From positions 1,504,001 to 1,568,000 of the forward strand of contig CBDFIQ010000002.1 of NCBI GenBank assembly GCA_965248195.1: a DNA stretch of 64,000 nucleotides, written 5' to 3'. The DNA is from Longimicrobiales bacterium. GTDB taxonomy: Bacteria; Gemmatimonadota; Gemmatimonadetes; Longimicrobiales; Gaopeijiaceae. Positions 48,929 to 59,461 of this stretch are shown one piece after another (within the stretch, counting starts at the first letter, position 1; every line of letters begins with the position of its first letter). The position numbers were made by a program, and so were the translations under genes. Below the pieces are notes generated by a model that did not search any database, was not told the DNA's origin, and saw nothing but the letters and a program-made list of their open reading frames with translations.

Positions 48929-51873
48929 CGTTCGCCCGCGCCGTCGGCGTAGTTGGAGGCCGTGTCCTCCTGGTCGCCGGTGGATTGCCATCCCACGGTG
49001 AGAAGGGGGTCGAGGGCGTCTTGCCCCGACCCGGTAGCCCTCGTTACGTGAGGATCGAATTCGAACCTGGCCCGCCGGAGGCGCCGCACCGCCTCACGAG
49101 CGGCGTCCTCCGCGGAGGCGAAGTCCTCCGCGGTCCAGTCGGCGATCATGAACTCGGTGTCGTCCACGTTCTGGGGCAGAGAAACGAATCCAAAGTGGAT
49201 ACGGCTTCGCCCAGCACCCTCGAGGTCGGTATCGATCACCGGCTGCCCCTCGCCGTCCAGGATCCCCGACAGGAGCCGTCGGTACAGGGGTAACTGGAGA
49301 TCGATCCATTGGCGGTCTTCGCCCCGGCCCCTCCGATGAGTCTTCTCGGGGGGATCTACGAATTGCCCGGTCTTGTAGTCGAGCACGGCCCACTCACCCG
49401 TGGAGGGGTTATGGTCGATGCGATCGATGCGACCACGAAGCAGGATGGGCGTGCCGTCGACATCGAAGGGAACACCCTCTCCCTCTCCGGTACACTCCAC
49501 CGCCACGATCTCCCATCCCTGCGCCGCCCATCGTGCCTGCTTCTCGGCGAAGGCCCGAAGTCGGATCTTGAGTTGCTCGGCCTGCAGGTGGACTGCGGGC
49601 ATCGCATCCGGCCCGAAGCGGGTCGAGAGTTCGTCCCTCAGAAGATCCGTGAGGGAGCGGGCCACATCGGCCTCGCTGGCAACGTCGACTCCCGGTGTCG
49701 GCTCCAGTGCCAGCAAACCGAAGCGGTGCAAGACTTCGTGCGTCAGGTTCCCGAATCCCAACGGGTCGAGCTCACGGGCGGAATCATCCAGGCGATTGAG
49801 CCGGTACACCTTCTCCAGCACGAATCGGTAAGGGTCTTTCAAGAGACCCCTGAACGCGGTGACTGCCAAACCTGTCGGCACCTCGTCACCTCCCAGTTCG
49901 ATCACCGGCTCGGGTGGAACGGTGAACTGTCTCTCGGCGCCCGGCTCGAGGCCGAGAGAGGCCAGACTAGTGCCCCCAGGGCTTACTCCTTGTCTTTTCA
50001 AGAATCGAAGGACGCGGGCCGGCATCTGCTCTTCCGGAATCCGGAACATGAGCCGGCTGGGGCGGAGGGGGTCCCCCTGGGATGTGCGGCGTCCGGCGAT
50101 GAGGTGTACGGACTCCTTCGAGTGCAGCACCGTCGTGAGTCGGTATGCATCCCGCGCCAGCCTGCTCCGGTTGTCGGAGAGGCCGAGGCGGGTTCGAAGT
50201 GCGTCCGGCAGGAACGGGTGCCCACTTACGGACTCGGGCAAGAGACCCTCGTTGAACCCGGTGAGCACGACGATCGGCGCGTCATCAAGCGGGAGCTCGA
50301 GCCAATCCAGCAGTTCCACCGCATCCCGACCCGGGTCCGGCGGGAGCGCCTCTTCCCGAAGCTCGAGGAGCAATGTCCGAATAGCCTCACTACCCGAGCA
50401 CTTCTCGTCCAGCATCGACGGCATGTCAGCGAGGGAAGTCGCCACTACCTGGATTCGGCCCAGTGTATCCAGCAGACGCCGGTGGGCTGGGCGGCTCCGG
50501 TCCAACTCCAACCCACCGTAGGCGGCCTGGAGGACGTCCATGACCACGGTCATCCACTGCGACAACGGCTTTTGGCCACCGAAGGAGTTGAGTGGCCCCT
50601 CCCGCTCCAGGGCTCGGACCACCGGAGGAAAAAGGGCCGCTCTTCCTCGTCCCCGCGGCATCTCACCCCGAAACCTGAAGGGGAGGTGGTGGGCGAAATA
50701 TTCGTCCGCCATCTCGATGGCCTCGAGCCCAGCGGCGGCGGCGGCCGTGGGTCCGGTCAAGGGGCCCGCATCGGGATGCCGTAGTAGGGCAGCCAGAGCC
50801 TCGAACGTGCGGTCGCTAAGGTGGTCGGCGACGGCCTGGAGGAGGCGAAGAGGGCCCGTGCGCGCCAGAGGCGTGCCCGCGGCGTAGCGGGCAGATACGT
50901 CACGGGCCTCCAGGCGTTGCTCCAGATATGGCACCACCTCCGATTCGGGATGGACGGCGAGCACGACCTCTTCGGCCGCATACACCCCTCCGAGGCTTAC
51001 CAAGACGTCGATGACGGCCTCCGCCTGATCGACCGGTCGCTCCACCACCTCCAGAATCTGGTCGGTCACCGGGACCCGTGCGGTCTCCCAGTAGGCCGTG
51101 GATGGCAAGCCGAACGGGTCGTAGGCGGTGGTGGCGTCGGTTCCGTCGCTGAGCTCCGCTGGTGCGTGGATGAGAGTGTGTACGGTGGCTCCGCTCGCCT
51201 CCACGAGCCGCCGAGTCACTGTCGGCAGATCGACAATGGAGACCAGCCAGAGATCGCCCATGAAGGGTGTGACATCATGCTCGAGCGCTTGAATGCGGGT
51301 CTCGAAGCGGTCCGCCACTCCAGCCCGCTCCAGAAGCTGCAGGTACTGTCGCTGCACCCGGCCCAGCACCTCCCAGCGCGCCCCGTCGTCGAAGAGGAGG
51401 CCCGAACGGCAGATCTTAACGACGTCCGCGAACCGGTGACCCTCCCGTGCGAGATTCTGGTGCAGCCCGGCCAGCAAACCGGCGAGCTCGTCCCATTCGG
51501 TGGGGCTGTCGCTCTCAGGGAGATGGGGAAAGACCGTCTCGACCGCCTCCCGGTCCACGCTTCGAAGTGCCCGAGACCAGGCGCGGCGCGAGGTCACATC
51601 GTCTGCCGGAGGCTTGGGGCTGGAATGGAGCAGCTCAGGGAGGTTGCCCACCGTCGCGGCTCGAGGCGGAATCAGCGTTGCACTCCGGGCCTCGGCCTGG
51701 TCCAAAAGAAGCTCGATGACGCGACGGCGCGCACGCCGGCCGGGAAGCACGATGGTGGCGGGCCGGAGGTCGGCCACGGGCCCCTCGATGTAGTGCTCGA
51801 TGAGGTGGGCCGCGGCTGTGGGCAGCGCGGGTTTGTCCCATCCGAGGAACACACGTTCAACGGTGTGTGCCAA
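48925..51873 (-). CDS. addB: AddB-like inactive-helicase / PD-(D/E)xK nuclease
   Basis: GRIDRID..VLDYKTG, DLQLPLY; 4-bp overlap with the addA-like gene; TTG start. Confidence 0.8.
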   Translation of the reverse strand: MAHTVERVFLGWDKPALPTAAAHLIEHYIEGPVADLRPATIVLPGRRARRRVIELLLDQAEARSATLIPPRAATVGNLPELLHSSPKPPADDVTSRRAWSRALRSVDREAVETVFPHLPESDSPTEWDELAGLLAGLHQNLAREGHRFADVVKICRSGLLFDDGARWEVLGRVQRQYLQLLERAGVADRFETRIQALEHDVTPFMGDLWLVSIVDLPTVTRRLVEASGATVHTLIHAPAELSDGTDATTAYDPFGLPSTAYWETARVPVTDQILEVVERPVDQAEAVIDVLVSLGGVYAAEEVVLAVHPESEVVPYLEQRLEARDVSARYAAGTPLARTGPLRLLQAVADHLSDRTFEALAALLRHPDAGPLTGPTAAAAAGLEAIEMADEYFAHHLPFRFRGEMPRGRGRAALFPPVVRALEREGPLNSFGGQKPLSQWMTVVMDVLQAAYGGLELDRSRPAHRRLLDTLGRIQVVATSLADMPSMLDEKCSGSEAIRTLLLELREEALPPDPGRDAVELLDWLELPLDDAPIVVLTGFNEGLLPESVSGHPFLPDALRTRLGLSDNRSRLARDAYRLTTVLHSKESVHLIAGRRTSQGDPLRPSRLMFRIPEEQMPARVLRFLKRQGVSPGGTSLASLGLEPGAERQFTVPPEPVIELGGDEVPTGLAVTAFRGLLKDPYRFVLEKVYRLNRLDDSARELDPLGFGNLTHEVLHRFGLLALEPTPGVDVASEADVARSLTDLLRDELSTRFGPDAMPAVHLQAEQLKIRLRAFAEKQARWAAQGWEIVAVECTGEGEGVPFDVDGTPILLRGRIDRIDHNPSTGEWAVLDYKTGQFVDPPEKTHRRGRGEDRQWIDLQLPLYRRLLSGILDGEGQPVIDTDLEGAGRSRIHFGFVSLPQNVDDTEFMIADWTAEDFASAEDAAREAVRRLRRARFEFDPHVTRATGSGQDALDPLLTVGWQSTGDQEDTASNYADGAGER

Positions 51874-51944
51874 GGTCCGTATCTGTCGTTGGAGTCAGCG
51901 TTTCAGGTTCCAATATCAGGCAACACAGGTGAATCGCCCCGGGT

Positions 51945-52880
51945 TCATCGGAGACTGTTTGACTTGAGTGTCAGAGGCTCACCTGGAGCGTCCTGACGCG
52001 AATAATACAACTCTTCGTACTCGGCCGGCGGGATATGGCCGTGGGGCTCGAAGAGGCGATGGTGATTGAACCACCAGACCCATTCGAGGGTGGCGAGCTC
52101 GATGTCTTCGAGGGTGCGCCACGGACCGCGTGGACGAATGAGCTCGGTCTTGTAGAGTCCGATGATCGTCTCGGCCAGGGCGTTGTCATACGAATCCCCC
52201 CGGCTGCCTACGGACGGCTCGATGCCTGCCAACGCCAGGCGCTCGGTGTAGCGGATAGACAGGTACTGCCCCCTGCGGTCGCTGTGATGCACCAGGCGCT
52301 TGTCTGCGTCGTCCTCGCGTTCACAGATCGCCTGCTCGAGAGCGTCGAGCGCTAAGTCACTGCGTAATGAGTTCGAGACCCGCCATCCGACGATGCGACG
52401 GCTGAACGCATCGATCACGAACGCCACGAAGACAAACGCATGGCCCGTCCGCACGTACGTGAGGTCCGAGACCCACAGCTCGTTGGGACGTGCCGCGCTG
52501 AAGTCTCGGTTCACGAGGTCCAGCGGGCGCTCGTCGCCCTCCGCCGTGTGCGTTGTCACCTTGAAGCGCCGCCCTCGCGTAACCCCACAAAGCTCCAGTT
52601 CCTTCATGAGCCGAGCCACCGTGCATCGAGCCACGGTGATGCCTTCCCGGTTCAGCTGCTTCCACACCTTCTTCGCCCCGTAGACCTGGAAGTTCTGCAT
52701 CCACACTCGACGGATCTCCGGCTTCAGCATCTCGTCGCGCTGAGCCCGGACCGATCGTAGCGTCGGATCTGCCTGCATCGCCTTGTGCGTGTAGTAGGTC
52801 GACGGAGCGATCGGCAGTACCTCGCAGATCGGCTCGACTCCGTACGTGGGCCGGTAATCGTCGATGAAGGCCACCATCAC
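51945..52880 (-). CDS. IS3 transposase OrfB (DDE)
   Basis: WVSDLTY, HHSD, YDNALAE. Confidence 0.93.
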   Translation of the reverse strand: MMVAFIDDYRPTYGVEPICEVLPIAPSTYYTHKAMQADPTLRSVRAQRDEMLKPEIRRVWMQNFQVYGAKKVWKQLNREGITVARCTVARLMKELELCGVTRGRRFKVTTHTAEGDERPLDLVNRDFSAARPNELWVSDLTYVRTGHAFVFVAFVIDAFSRRIVGWRVSNSLRSDLALDALEQAICEREDDADKRLVHHSDRRGQYLSIRYTERLALAGIEPSVGSRGDSYDNALAETIIGLYKTELIRPRGPWRTLEDIELATLEWVWWFNHHRLFEPHGHIPPAEYEELYYSRQDAPGEPLTLKSNSLR

Positions 52881-53197
52881 CGAACTCGGCGGTCGAGCTC
52901 CGCCTGTGCGAAATACGCCGATGCCTTACGCAGAATCTCGTTCGCCCGCTTCAGCTCACGATTCTCACGCTCCAGCACCTTCAGTCGCTCACGCTCTTCT
53001 GTCTTGAGACCGGGCCGTTGCCCCGTGTCTCGCTCCGCTCGTCGAACCCATTTACGTAGCGTCTCCGCCGTGCACCCGATCTTCTCCGAGATCGAGCAGA
53101 TCGCCGCCCACTGTGAGCTGTACTCAGGCTCGTGCTCGAAAACCATCCGAACGGCTCGCTCCCGTACCTCTGGGGAGTACTGTCCTTTCCTTTTCAT
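52877..53197 (-). CDS. IS3 transposase OrfA
   Basis: [16 protein letters not shown] and leucine zipper [12 protein letters not shown]. Confidence 0.93.
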   Translation of the reverse strand: MKRKGQYSPEVRERAVRMVFEHEPEYSSQWAAICSISEKIGCTAETLRKWVRRAERDTGQRPGLKTEERERLKVLERENRELKRANEILRKASAYFAQAELDRRVR

Positions 53198-53405
53198 GAC
53201 TCCATCCTCTCAACTGATGGAGTCTCCGGCAAACCCGGGGTGATTCACAGGTTCCGATGGGAGGCAACATAGGTGATGAGAGTGGGCGGGGTAGGAGGTT
53301 GGGTGGGGCGGGTGGGAGATGTGGTTGACGGGAGGTCGGACCGGAATGAAGATAAGCCTCGTGCGGCCTCCCGCTCATGAGCCTGTTCGTACGCCATCGC
53401 GGCGC

Positions 53406-53445
53406 AGTACCCCTGATAAAGCACCACTGATAGAGTACCACTGAT
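53406..53445. repeat. Three tandem 14-bp imperfect repeats AGYACCMCTGAT
   Basis: AGTACCCCTGATAA / AGCACCACTGATAG / AGTACCACTGAT. Confidence 0.75.
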
Positions 53446-53482
53446 GCAGATGGCGGATACGGCTCAGGCATACTAACCAGGG

Positions 53483-56209
53483 ATGATTCTCATGCGTTTT
53501 CGTTTGATCGGTGCTTTCGTGTTAGGCCTGTTCGTCGCTTCAGCTCCGAGCGTCGGGGCGTCCGCTCAGCAGCGGGTGACCACCCCCGAGCAGCAGTTCG
53601 GGCACGAGATCGGTGCCGATTACGAGCTCGTCAACTACACGGAGCTGTACGCGTACTTCCAGAAGCTTGCCGGAGAGTCCGACCGGATGACGGTAGAGGA
53701 CATCGGGCTCACGGAGGAGGAGCGTCCACAGGTCATGGCCGTGATCACTTCGCCGGCCAACCGCGCCGACCTGGATCGCTATCGGGAGATCTCCCGCCGA
53801 TTGGCCAAGGCGGACGGCGTGTCGGAGGACGAGGCCCGTCGGTTGGCGCAAGAAGGCAAGGCCGTCATCTGGATCGACGGAGGGTTACATGCGACCGAAG
53901 TCCTAGGCGCCCAGCAACTCATCGAGCTCGTATACCGTATGGTCAGCCGCTCGGACCCAGAGACCCTGCGCATCCTGGACGAGGTGATCCTGTTGGCGGT
54001 TCAGGTCAACCCGGACGGCATGGAGCTGGTTTCCGATTGGTACACGCGTGAGCCCGACCCGCTCCAAAGGAGTACGCAGGACGTGCCCGTTCTTTACAAC
54101 AAGTATGCGGGGCATGACAACAACCGCGATTTCTACATGTCCGCGCTCGCGGAAACCACCAACATCAACCGGGTGCTGTTTCGGGAGTGGTTTCCTCAAA
54201 TTGTCTACAATCATCACCAGACCGGTCCATCGGGCACCGTGATGTTCGCGCCTCCCTTCAGGGATCCGCCCAACCACAACCTCGATCCCCTCATCCTTAC
54301 CGGGCTGGACGCGGTCGGAGCCGCGATGCACGGGCGCTTCGTGTCGGAGGGAAAGGGGGGTACGACCATGCGCTCCGGAGCGTCGTACTCCACCTGGTGG
54401 AACGGTGGCCTGCGAACGACGCCCTACTTCAAGAACATGATCGGGTTGCTGACCGAGGCGATCGGCAATCCGACTCCGATCACAATTCCGTTTCGGCCGG
54501 CGCGGCAGTTACCTCGGGGTGATCTCCCGTTGCCGGTGGAGCCGGGAGAGTGGCACTTCAGGCAATCCATCGAATACTCCCAGACGGCGAATTGGGCAGT
54601 TCTGGATTACGCCGCGCGAAACCGGGATCACCTGCTGTTCAACATCTGGCGGATGGGGATGAACTCGATCGACCGGGGGAGCACGGCTACGTGGACCGTC
54701 CTACCGTTCGAGACCGAAGACGCCGCAGCGGCGCTCGGTGCCAGGACGGCCGGCACGGCGGACGATTATCGACGACTCCTGCAGGCTCCGGAGAACCGGG
54801 ACCCGCGTGGATTCATCATCCCGTCGGATCAGGCCGACTTCTCGACGGCGACGAAATTCGTCAACACGCTCTTGAAGAACGGCGTCGACGTGTATCGGGC
54901 GACGAGGGGGTTCACGGTGGGCAACGTGAGCTATCCGGACGGATCGTACGTCGTGAAGACCGATCAGGCGTTTCGTCCCCACGTCATGGACATGTTCGAG
55001 CCGCAACAGCATCCGAACGACTTCGAGTATCCCGGGGGACCGCCAATTGCGCCCTACGACAATGCGGGGTGGACTCTTGCCTTTCAGATGGGGGTGGAGT
55101 TCGACCGGATGCTGGATGGCTTCCAGGGCCCCTTCGAGTTGGTCGAAGGGCTGGCCGGGATTCCTGGCGGGTCCGTGACAGGGACCGGCGCAGACGGGTA
55201 CGTGTTCGATCATCGTGACAACAACGCGTTCCTCGCGGTGAACCGGCTCCTGGCGGACGGAGGGCAGGTGGCCTGGCTGTTGGATTCCCCTGCCGGGGTG
55301 GATCTGCCCGAGGGGGCGTTCTACGTCGCTTCCAACCAAGTGGACCGGTCCAGGATAGAGGCACTTGCCGAGGAAACGGGCGTGGATTTCCGTGCGGCCG
55401 CGGCTCCGTTGGGAGAGGCGCTTCGTCTCCGACGGCCAAGGATCGCGCTTTGGGACCGGTATGGAGGGTCGATGCCATCCGGATGGACTCGAAAAATCCT
55501 GGAGGACTTCGAATTCGACTTCGAGGTGGTCTACCCTGAAGAGATCGCCGAGGGCGACCTTCGAGGTCGCTTCGACGTGTTGATCCTCGAGGATGGTGCG
55601 GTGCCTCCGCCCACGGAAGGTGAACGTTCCGGTTCCTCCCTCGACCCGAGCCGGGTGCCCGGAGAATACCGTGACCGGATCGGTGCCATCACCGCTGTGC
55701 GGGGCGTGCCGGAGATCCTCGATTTCGCCCGAGACGGAGGGACAGTGATCGCGGTGGGGAGTTCCTCCTGGCTGGGGCAATACGCCGGACTTCCCCTGAG
55801 TGACCATCTCGTGGAGAATGGGCAGTCGCTCAGCGAAGATGAATATTTCACACCTGGCTCCGTCCACTCTCTCAAAATCGAGCACGACAGTCCGCTGACC
55901 CACGGATTGGACGATCGCCTCGACGTCCTGATCAGTCACAGCCCGCTCTTCGATCTGGACCCCGGAGCGGAGGCGGCCGGGGTAAAGCGGCTCGGCTGGT
56001 TCGATACCGACCGACCGCTTCGGAGCGGTTGGGCGTGGGGCCAGGAACGTATGCAGGGCGGGACGGCTTTGATCGAGGCGCAGCTGGGCGACGGAAAGCT
56101 CTTCCTCTTTACGCCCAGGATCACATTCCGATCGCAGTCGCACGCCGCCTTTCCCCTTCTTTTCAACGGCATTTTCTACGGTTCAGCCGCCGATGAGCCG
56201 ATCTTCTGA
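53483..56209 (+). CDS. Secreted M14 zinc carboxypeptidase-family protein
   Basis: Signal peptide, GLHATE (HxxE), NPDG, DNNRD, NHHQ. Confidence 0.9.
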   Translation: MILMRFRLIGAFVLGLFVASAPSVGASAQQRVTTPEQQFGHEIGADYELVNYTELYAYFQKLAGESDRMTVEDIGLTEEERPQVMAVITSPANRADLDRYREISRRLAKADGVSEDEARRLAQEGKAVIWIDGGLHATEVLGAQQLIELVYRMVSRSDPETLRILDEVILLAVQVNPDGMELVSDWYTREPDPLQRSTQDVPVLYNKYAGHDNNRDFYMSALAETTNINRVLFREWFPQIVYNHHQTGPSGTVMFAPPFRDPPNHNLDPLILTGLDAVGAAMHGRFVSEGKGGTTMRSGASYSTWWNGGLRTTPYFKNMIGLLTEAIGNPTPITIPFRPARQLPRGDLPLPVEPGEWHFRQSIEYSQTANWAVLDYAARNRDHLLFNIWRMGMNSIDRGSTATWTVLPFETEDAAAALGARTAGTADDYRRLLQAPENRDPRGFIIPSDQADFSTATKFVNTLLKNGVDVYRATRGFTVGNVSYPDGSYVVKTDQAFRPHVMDMFEPQQHPNDFEYPGGPPIAPYDNAGWTLAFQMGVEFDRMLDGFQGPFELVEGLAGIPGGSVTGTGADGYVFDHRDNNAFLAVNRLLADGGQVAWLLDSPAGVDLPEGAFYVASNQVDRSRIEALAEETGVDFRAAAAPLGEALRLRRPRIALWDRYGGSMPSGWTRKILEDFEFDFEVVYPEEIAEGDLRGRFDVLILEDGAVPPPTEGERSGSSLDPSRVPGEYRDRIGAITAVRGVPEILDFARDGGTVIAVGSSSWLGQYAGLPLSDHLVENGQSLSEDEYFTPGSVHSLKIEHDSPLTHGLDDRLDVLISHSPLFDLDPGAEAAGVKRLGWFDTDRPLRSGWAWGQERMQGGTALIEAQLGDGKLFLFTPRITFRSQSHAAFPLLFNGIFYGSAADEPIF

Positions 56210-56421
56210 CCGGAGCACCCAACCTCGATGGAAACTTTCGCTCCGCTTCCCTTTCTCGGCGGAACCTGTTGGAGGACGGGTCGCTATTAAAGGGAGGCGT
56301 TCGAGGAATTCGCGAGCCAACGAGAGTGCACAGGCACTTCGGGACCCTTACGCGAGATTCAACGATTAGGGTTGTAGGAAGCGTACGGAACGAGCCCGTG
56401 GCACCGTTGGGAGGAGTTCGG

Positions 56422-57516
56422 TTGGATAAGATCTTTCTGGTAAGAGTCGCCGGTCGAAGAGGAGTTGCACTTTCCTTCGCGGCCCTGTGCTTCCTGGCGG
56501 GGCCTACCGCGGCCCAGATCGACGGCCTGGTCACGAGAGCGGGGGGACTGCCCCTCGAAGGTGTCTCGGTCGAGGCCTGGAGCGACGACCTGAGGGTCGG
56601 GGCCACATTGACCGACGCCTTGGGCGTGTTCTCCTTTTCCGATGCCATCGCCCTAAATACCGTCATGCTCCGTGCGGGTGCCCTCGGCTTCGAAGTGGCG
56701 GAGGTGACGGTTCAGAGTGGAGTGAACAGCTATGCCATCGAGTTGACGGAGGCTCCTCTGGCGGTCGAGGGGCTGGTCGTGACAATGGAGGAGGCCACCT
56801 GTGAGGACGGCAGGGAGGACGCACGGGGAAGGGAGCTCTGGCAGCAAGCCCGATTCCGCTATGACGGGCTGATGGATACGCTCGGCGTCGCGACCTACCT
56901 GGCCGAGGCAGACACCGTCGTCCCCCTTTCCGAGCTCGGAGCGCTGAAACTTCCTGCACTCAACCTGAGCCAGAGGGGATCTTCGTCGTTGCTGCGCTTC
57001 AATTGGACACGGCGCATCGATAGGGACGGATACGCGTTCGCGATCCGGCGAATGGACGGGGCGGCGCCCTACGACTCGTGGGTATATCCCCCCCTCGAGG
57101 CCGACTTTGCCCCCCACTTCGTGGATGACGTCTTCGGTGAGCGCCATCGCTTCGTCATCGACGACGAGGGACCGGACGGCTGGCTGCTGGCGTACTGTCC
57201 CAAGGACACCGGCAAGCCTTCCATCAAGGGGACGATCACACTCGCGCGAGATACGACCTTCGCCTCCGTCGATTGGCTCTTCCAGACCCCGGAGCCCATA
57301 GAACACGCCGGAGGGCGCGCCTTCTTTACGCCCATCCTGTCCCGCTCGGTGCTGAGCCATTTCCTTCCCGCCGAGGCGGTCATTTGGCGCGCCATCCCTG
57401 CGGGCGACTATCTACAGAGCTACCAACGGTACGAGGACTGGAGGGTCGCCCCCGGCGATTCCGTGCCCCAACTGCCCCTTCGACGAGAGGGCGTCGGAGG
57501 GGGCGTCAGTCGCTGA
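56422..57516 (+). CDS. Secreted protein with carboxypeptidase-regulatory-like domain
   Basis: GGAGGA RBS + TTG; signal peptide; PLEGVSV..TDALGVF..ALGF. Confidence 0.65.
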   Translation: MDKIFLVRVAGRRGVALSFAALCFLAGPTAAQIDGLVTRAGGLPLEGVSVEAWSDDLRVGATLTDALGVFSFSDAIALNTVMLRAGALGFEVAEVTVQSGVNSYAIELTEAPLAVEGLVVTMEEATCEDGREDARGRELWQQARFRYDGLMDTLGVATYLAEADTVVPLSELGALKLPALNLSQRGSSSLLRFNWTRRIDRDGYAFAIRRMDGAAPYDSWVYPPLEADFAPHFVDDVFGERHRFVIDDEGPDGWLLAYCPKDTGKPSIKGTITLARDTTFASVDWLFQTPEPIEHAGGRAFFTPILSRSVLSHFLPAEAVIWRAIPAGDYLQSYQRYEDWRVAPGDSVPQLPLRREGVGGGVSR

Positions 57517-58417
57517 GCGTCCGCCCGAGGTAGCTTTTCAGTCGTTGCCAGGCGTCGAACCCGGGCTCGGTCCGAAGCTCCGGATCTCCGTCGATACGAA
57601 GCCAGAATCCGTGGTTTACTTCGTCGTAAACGTGAACATCGTTCTCGACTCCGGCGGCCCGGAGCGCTGAAACGAACTCGTTCACCGTCTCGGGCGGAAT
57701 TCCGTTGTCCATCTCAGCGAAGCTGCCGTAGACCTCGTGGTCGATGGACGCCAGGACCGCCGGGTCGGTGACGAGATTTCCGTAAAAAATAGCGGTCGCG
57801 TCATGATGCTCGCCGCCGAGTGCGTAGCTGAGCGCAACGCCACCCCCAAAGCACCACCCCATGGTGCCGACCCGCCCGGTCACGTCGTCCCGTTCCCGCA
57901 GGAATCGTGCGGCGGCATCGAGATTGGCGATCATCGTTTCGGAGTCGGCCCGGATCTCCGCCGTCAATGCCCGGTTTTGGTCGGGACTCGACCCGACGCG
58001 TCCAGAGTAGAGATCTGCGGCCAGGGTGACGTAACCCTCGGCAGCCATCGCGTCGGCAACCTCACGGACTCGATCCACCAGACCATTCCATTCGTGAATC
58101 AGGATCAAGGCCGGAAAAGGGCCCGCACCCTCGGGGACCGCCAGGTAACCCATCGCGGCATCGTCGCCGTCGAAATAGGACACGGGCTGGCCGCCCAGCG
58201 GGCCGGCCATTCCGAGAACCGCCGCCGGCAGGGCGCCCTCGGTGGGAGAGGACTGTGCCGGGGGGGCCTCCCCGGTGCAGGAGGCCCCGGCGACGAGAAT
58301 CGCCAGGGCGAACGCCCGCGGGCTTCGCCCTGCGAGGTTGGTGAGCGGCCTCGCTACGCCCGACCGTACAGGACGGCCTGAAGGCTGTGTCCGGTCCAAG
58401 TTCCCGATGGCTAGCAT
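57506..58417 (-). CDS. Dienelactone hydrolase-family lipoprotein
   Basis: HEWNGL, GWCFGG nucleophile, D..IP, HGF; start uncertain. Confidence 0.88.
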   Translation of the reverse strand: MLAIGNLDRTQPSGRPVRSGVARPLTNLAGRSPRAFALAILVAGASCTGEAPPAQSSPTEGALPAAVLGMAGPLGGQPVSYFDGDDAAMGYLAVPEGAGPFPALILIHEWNGLVDRVREVADAMAAEGYVTLAADLYSGRVGSSPDQNRALTAEIRADSETMIANLDAAARFLRERDDVTGRVGTMGWCFGGGVALSYALGGEHHDATAIFYGNLVTDPAVLASIDHEVYGSFAEMDNGIPPETVNEFVSALRAAGVENDVHVYDEVNHGFWLRIDGDPELRTEPGFDAWQRLKSYLGRTLSD

Positions 58418-58628
58418 GGGTCTTCCCCTTCCCGTAATGGGGGTCCGCGAGCGCCGCGCCCATCTGGGCGCGGATAGGGTGACGAGCATAACTGGCGAGA
58501 GGCCTGATCGCGAGCGACCCGAGACTGGCAAAACCGAAACGGACAAGCCGAAACTCCTTGATTTTCAACGAAAAAAAGTCGAAGCTTTGGCGCCTCATTT
58601 TTCGCAGATATCGCCTCTTTCTTGACCA

Positions 58629-59453
58629 ATGGAGCACGTGAGCCGCCAATCCTCATCCGTCTTGGGCCCCTTCGGGTTCGCGAACCGAGTTTTCGCCGTC
58701 ACCGGGCGCTGGTTCAGCCTGGTTGCCGAGCACGCTGGGCAAATCGGTCTTTTGGTGTGGCACATGGCGGTCGCCTGCGTGCGTCTTCGAGTGCCCCGGC
58801 GCGACATCCTGCGGCAGTTCTACATCATCGGCATCCAGAGCATCATGATTGTCTTGATCGCGGCTGGGCTCATCGGCGTCGTGACGAGCCAGCAGGGTGG
58901 TTACCAGATGCAGAGTCAGATCCCGCTCTACGTCATGGGATCCGTCGTGGTCGAGAGCGTCATTCTGGAGATGGGGCCGGTCCTCACAGCCATTGTGATG
59001 ATCGGCAGGGTCGGCGCCCGGATCACGGCCGAGCTTGGTACGATGAAGGTTTCCGAGCAGATCGACGCCCTGCGTTCGGTGGGTCGAGACCCGGTCGAGA
59101 TTCTCGCGGCCCCTCGGGTGTTGGCGATGATCATTTCAATGCCACTGCTCGTGTCCCTCGCCAACCTCGTCGGCATCACCACGGGGATGATCTCCGCTCG
59201 GTATACGCTTGGGCTCGGCTCTGAAACGTTCTTCTATGGCGCACGTTTGTTCTGGCATTCCTACGACATGTTCTACTCGCTCATGAAAGCTCTGGTCTTC
59301 GGCGCGGCGATTCCTGTAATCGCCGTTCACATGGGCCTCCGAACCACCGGCGGTGCCGAAGGGGTCGGTAGAACGACGACGCACGCGGTGGTATTCATGA
59401 CGCTGACGATTCTCGTCCTCGACGCCTTGTTCCCCCCTCTTTTCCTTAACTAG
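58629..59453 (+). CDS. mlaE: MlaE-family ABC permease
   Basis: EMGPVLTA..GRVGARITAELGTMKVSEQIDAL, GGAEGVG. Confidence 0.93.
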   Translation: MEHVSRQSSSVLGPFGFANRVFAVTGRWFSLVAEHAGQIGLLVWHMAVACVRLRVPRRDILRQFYIIGIQSIMIVLIAAGLIGVVTSQQGGYQMQSQIPLYVMGSVVVESVILEMGPVLTAIVMIGRVGARITAELGTMKVSEQIDALRSVGRDPVEILAAPRVLAMIISMPLLVSLANLVGITTGMISARYTLGLGSETFFYGARLFWHSYDMFYSLMKALVFGAAIPVIAVHMGLRTTGGAEGVGRTTTHAVVFMTLTILVLDALFPPLFLN

Positions 59454-59461
59454 GCCGGCCC

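Larger units (their letters stand above)
51930..53247 (-). mobile_element. IS3-family element (IS51/IS6110-like) with 4-bp TSD CAGG
   Basis: IRs TGAATCGCCCCGGGTT..GGAGAC / GTCTCCGG..AACCCGGGGTGATTCA; CAGG at 51926-51929 and 53248-53251. Confidence 0.95.

Noticed and set aside
51904..53445. 22-bp and 14-bp repeats as a CRISPR array
   Set aside because: Repeats are directly tandem with no spacers, and there are no cas genes
53457..53468. 12-bp match ATACGGCTCAGG to the junction near 25690
   Set aside because: 12-mer matches are expected by chance in 64 kb
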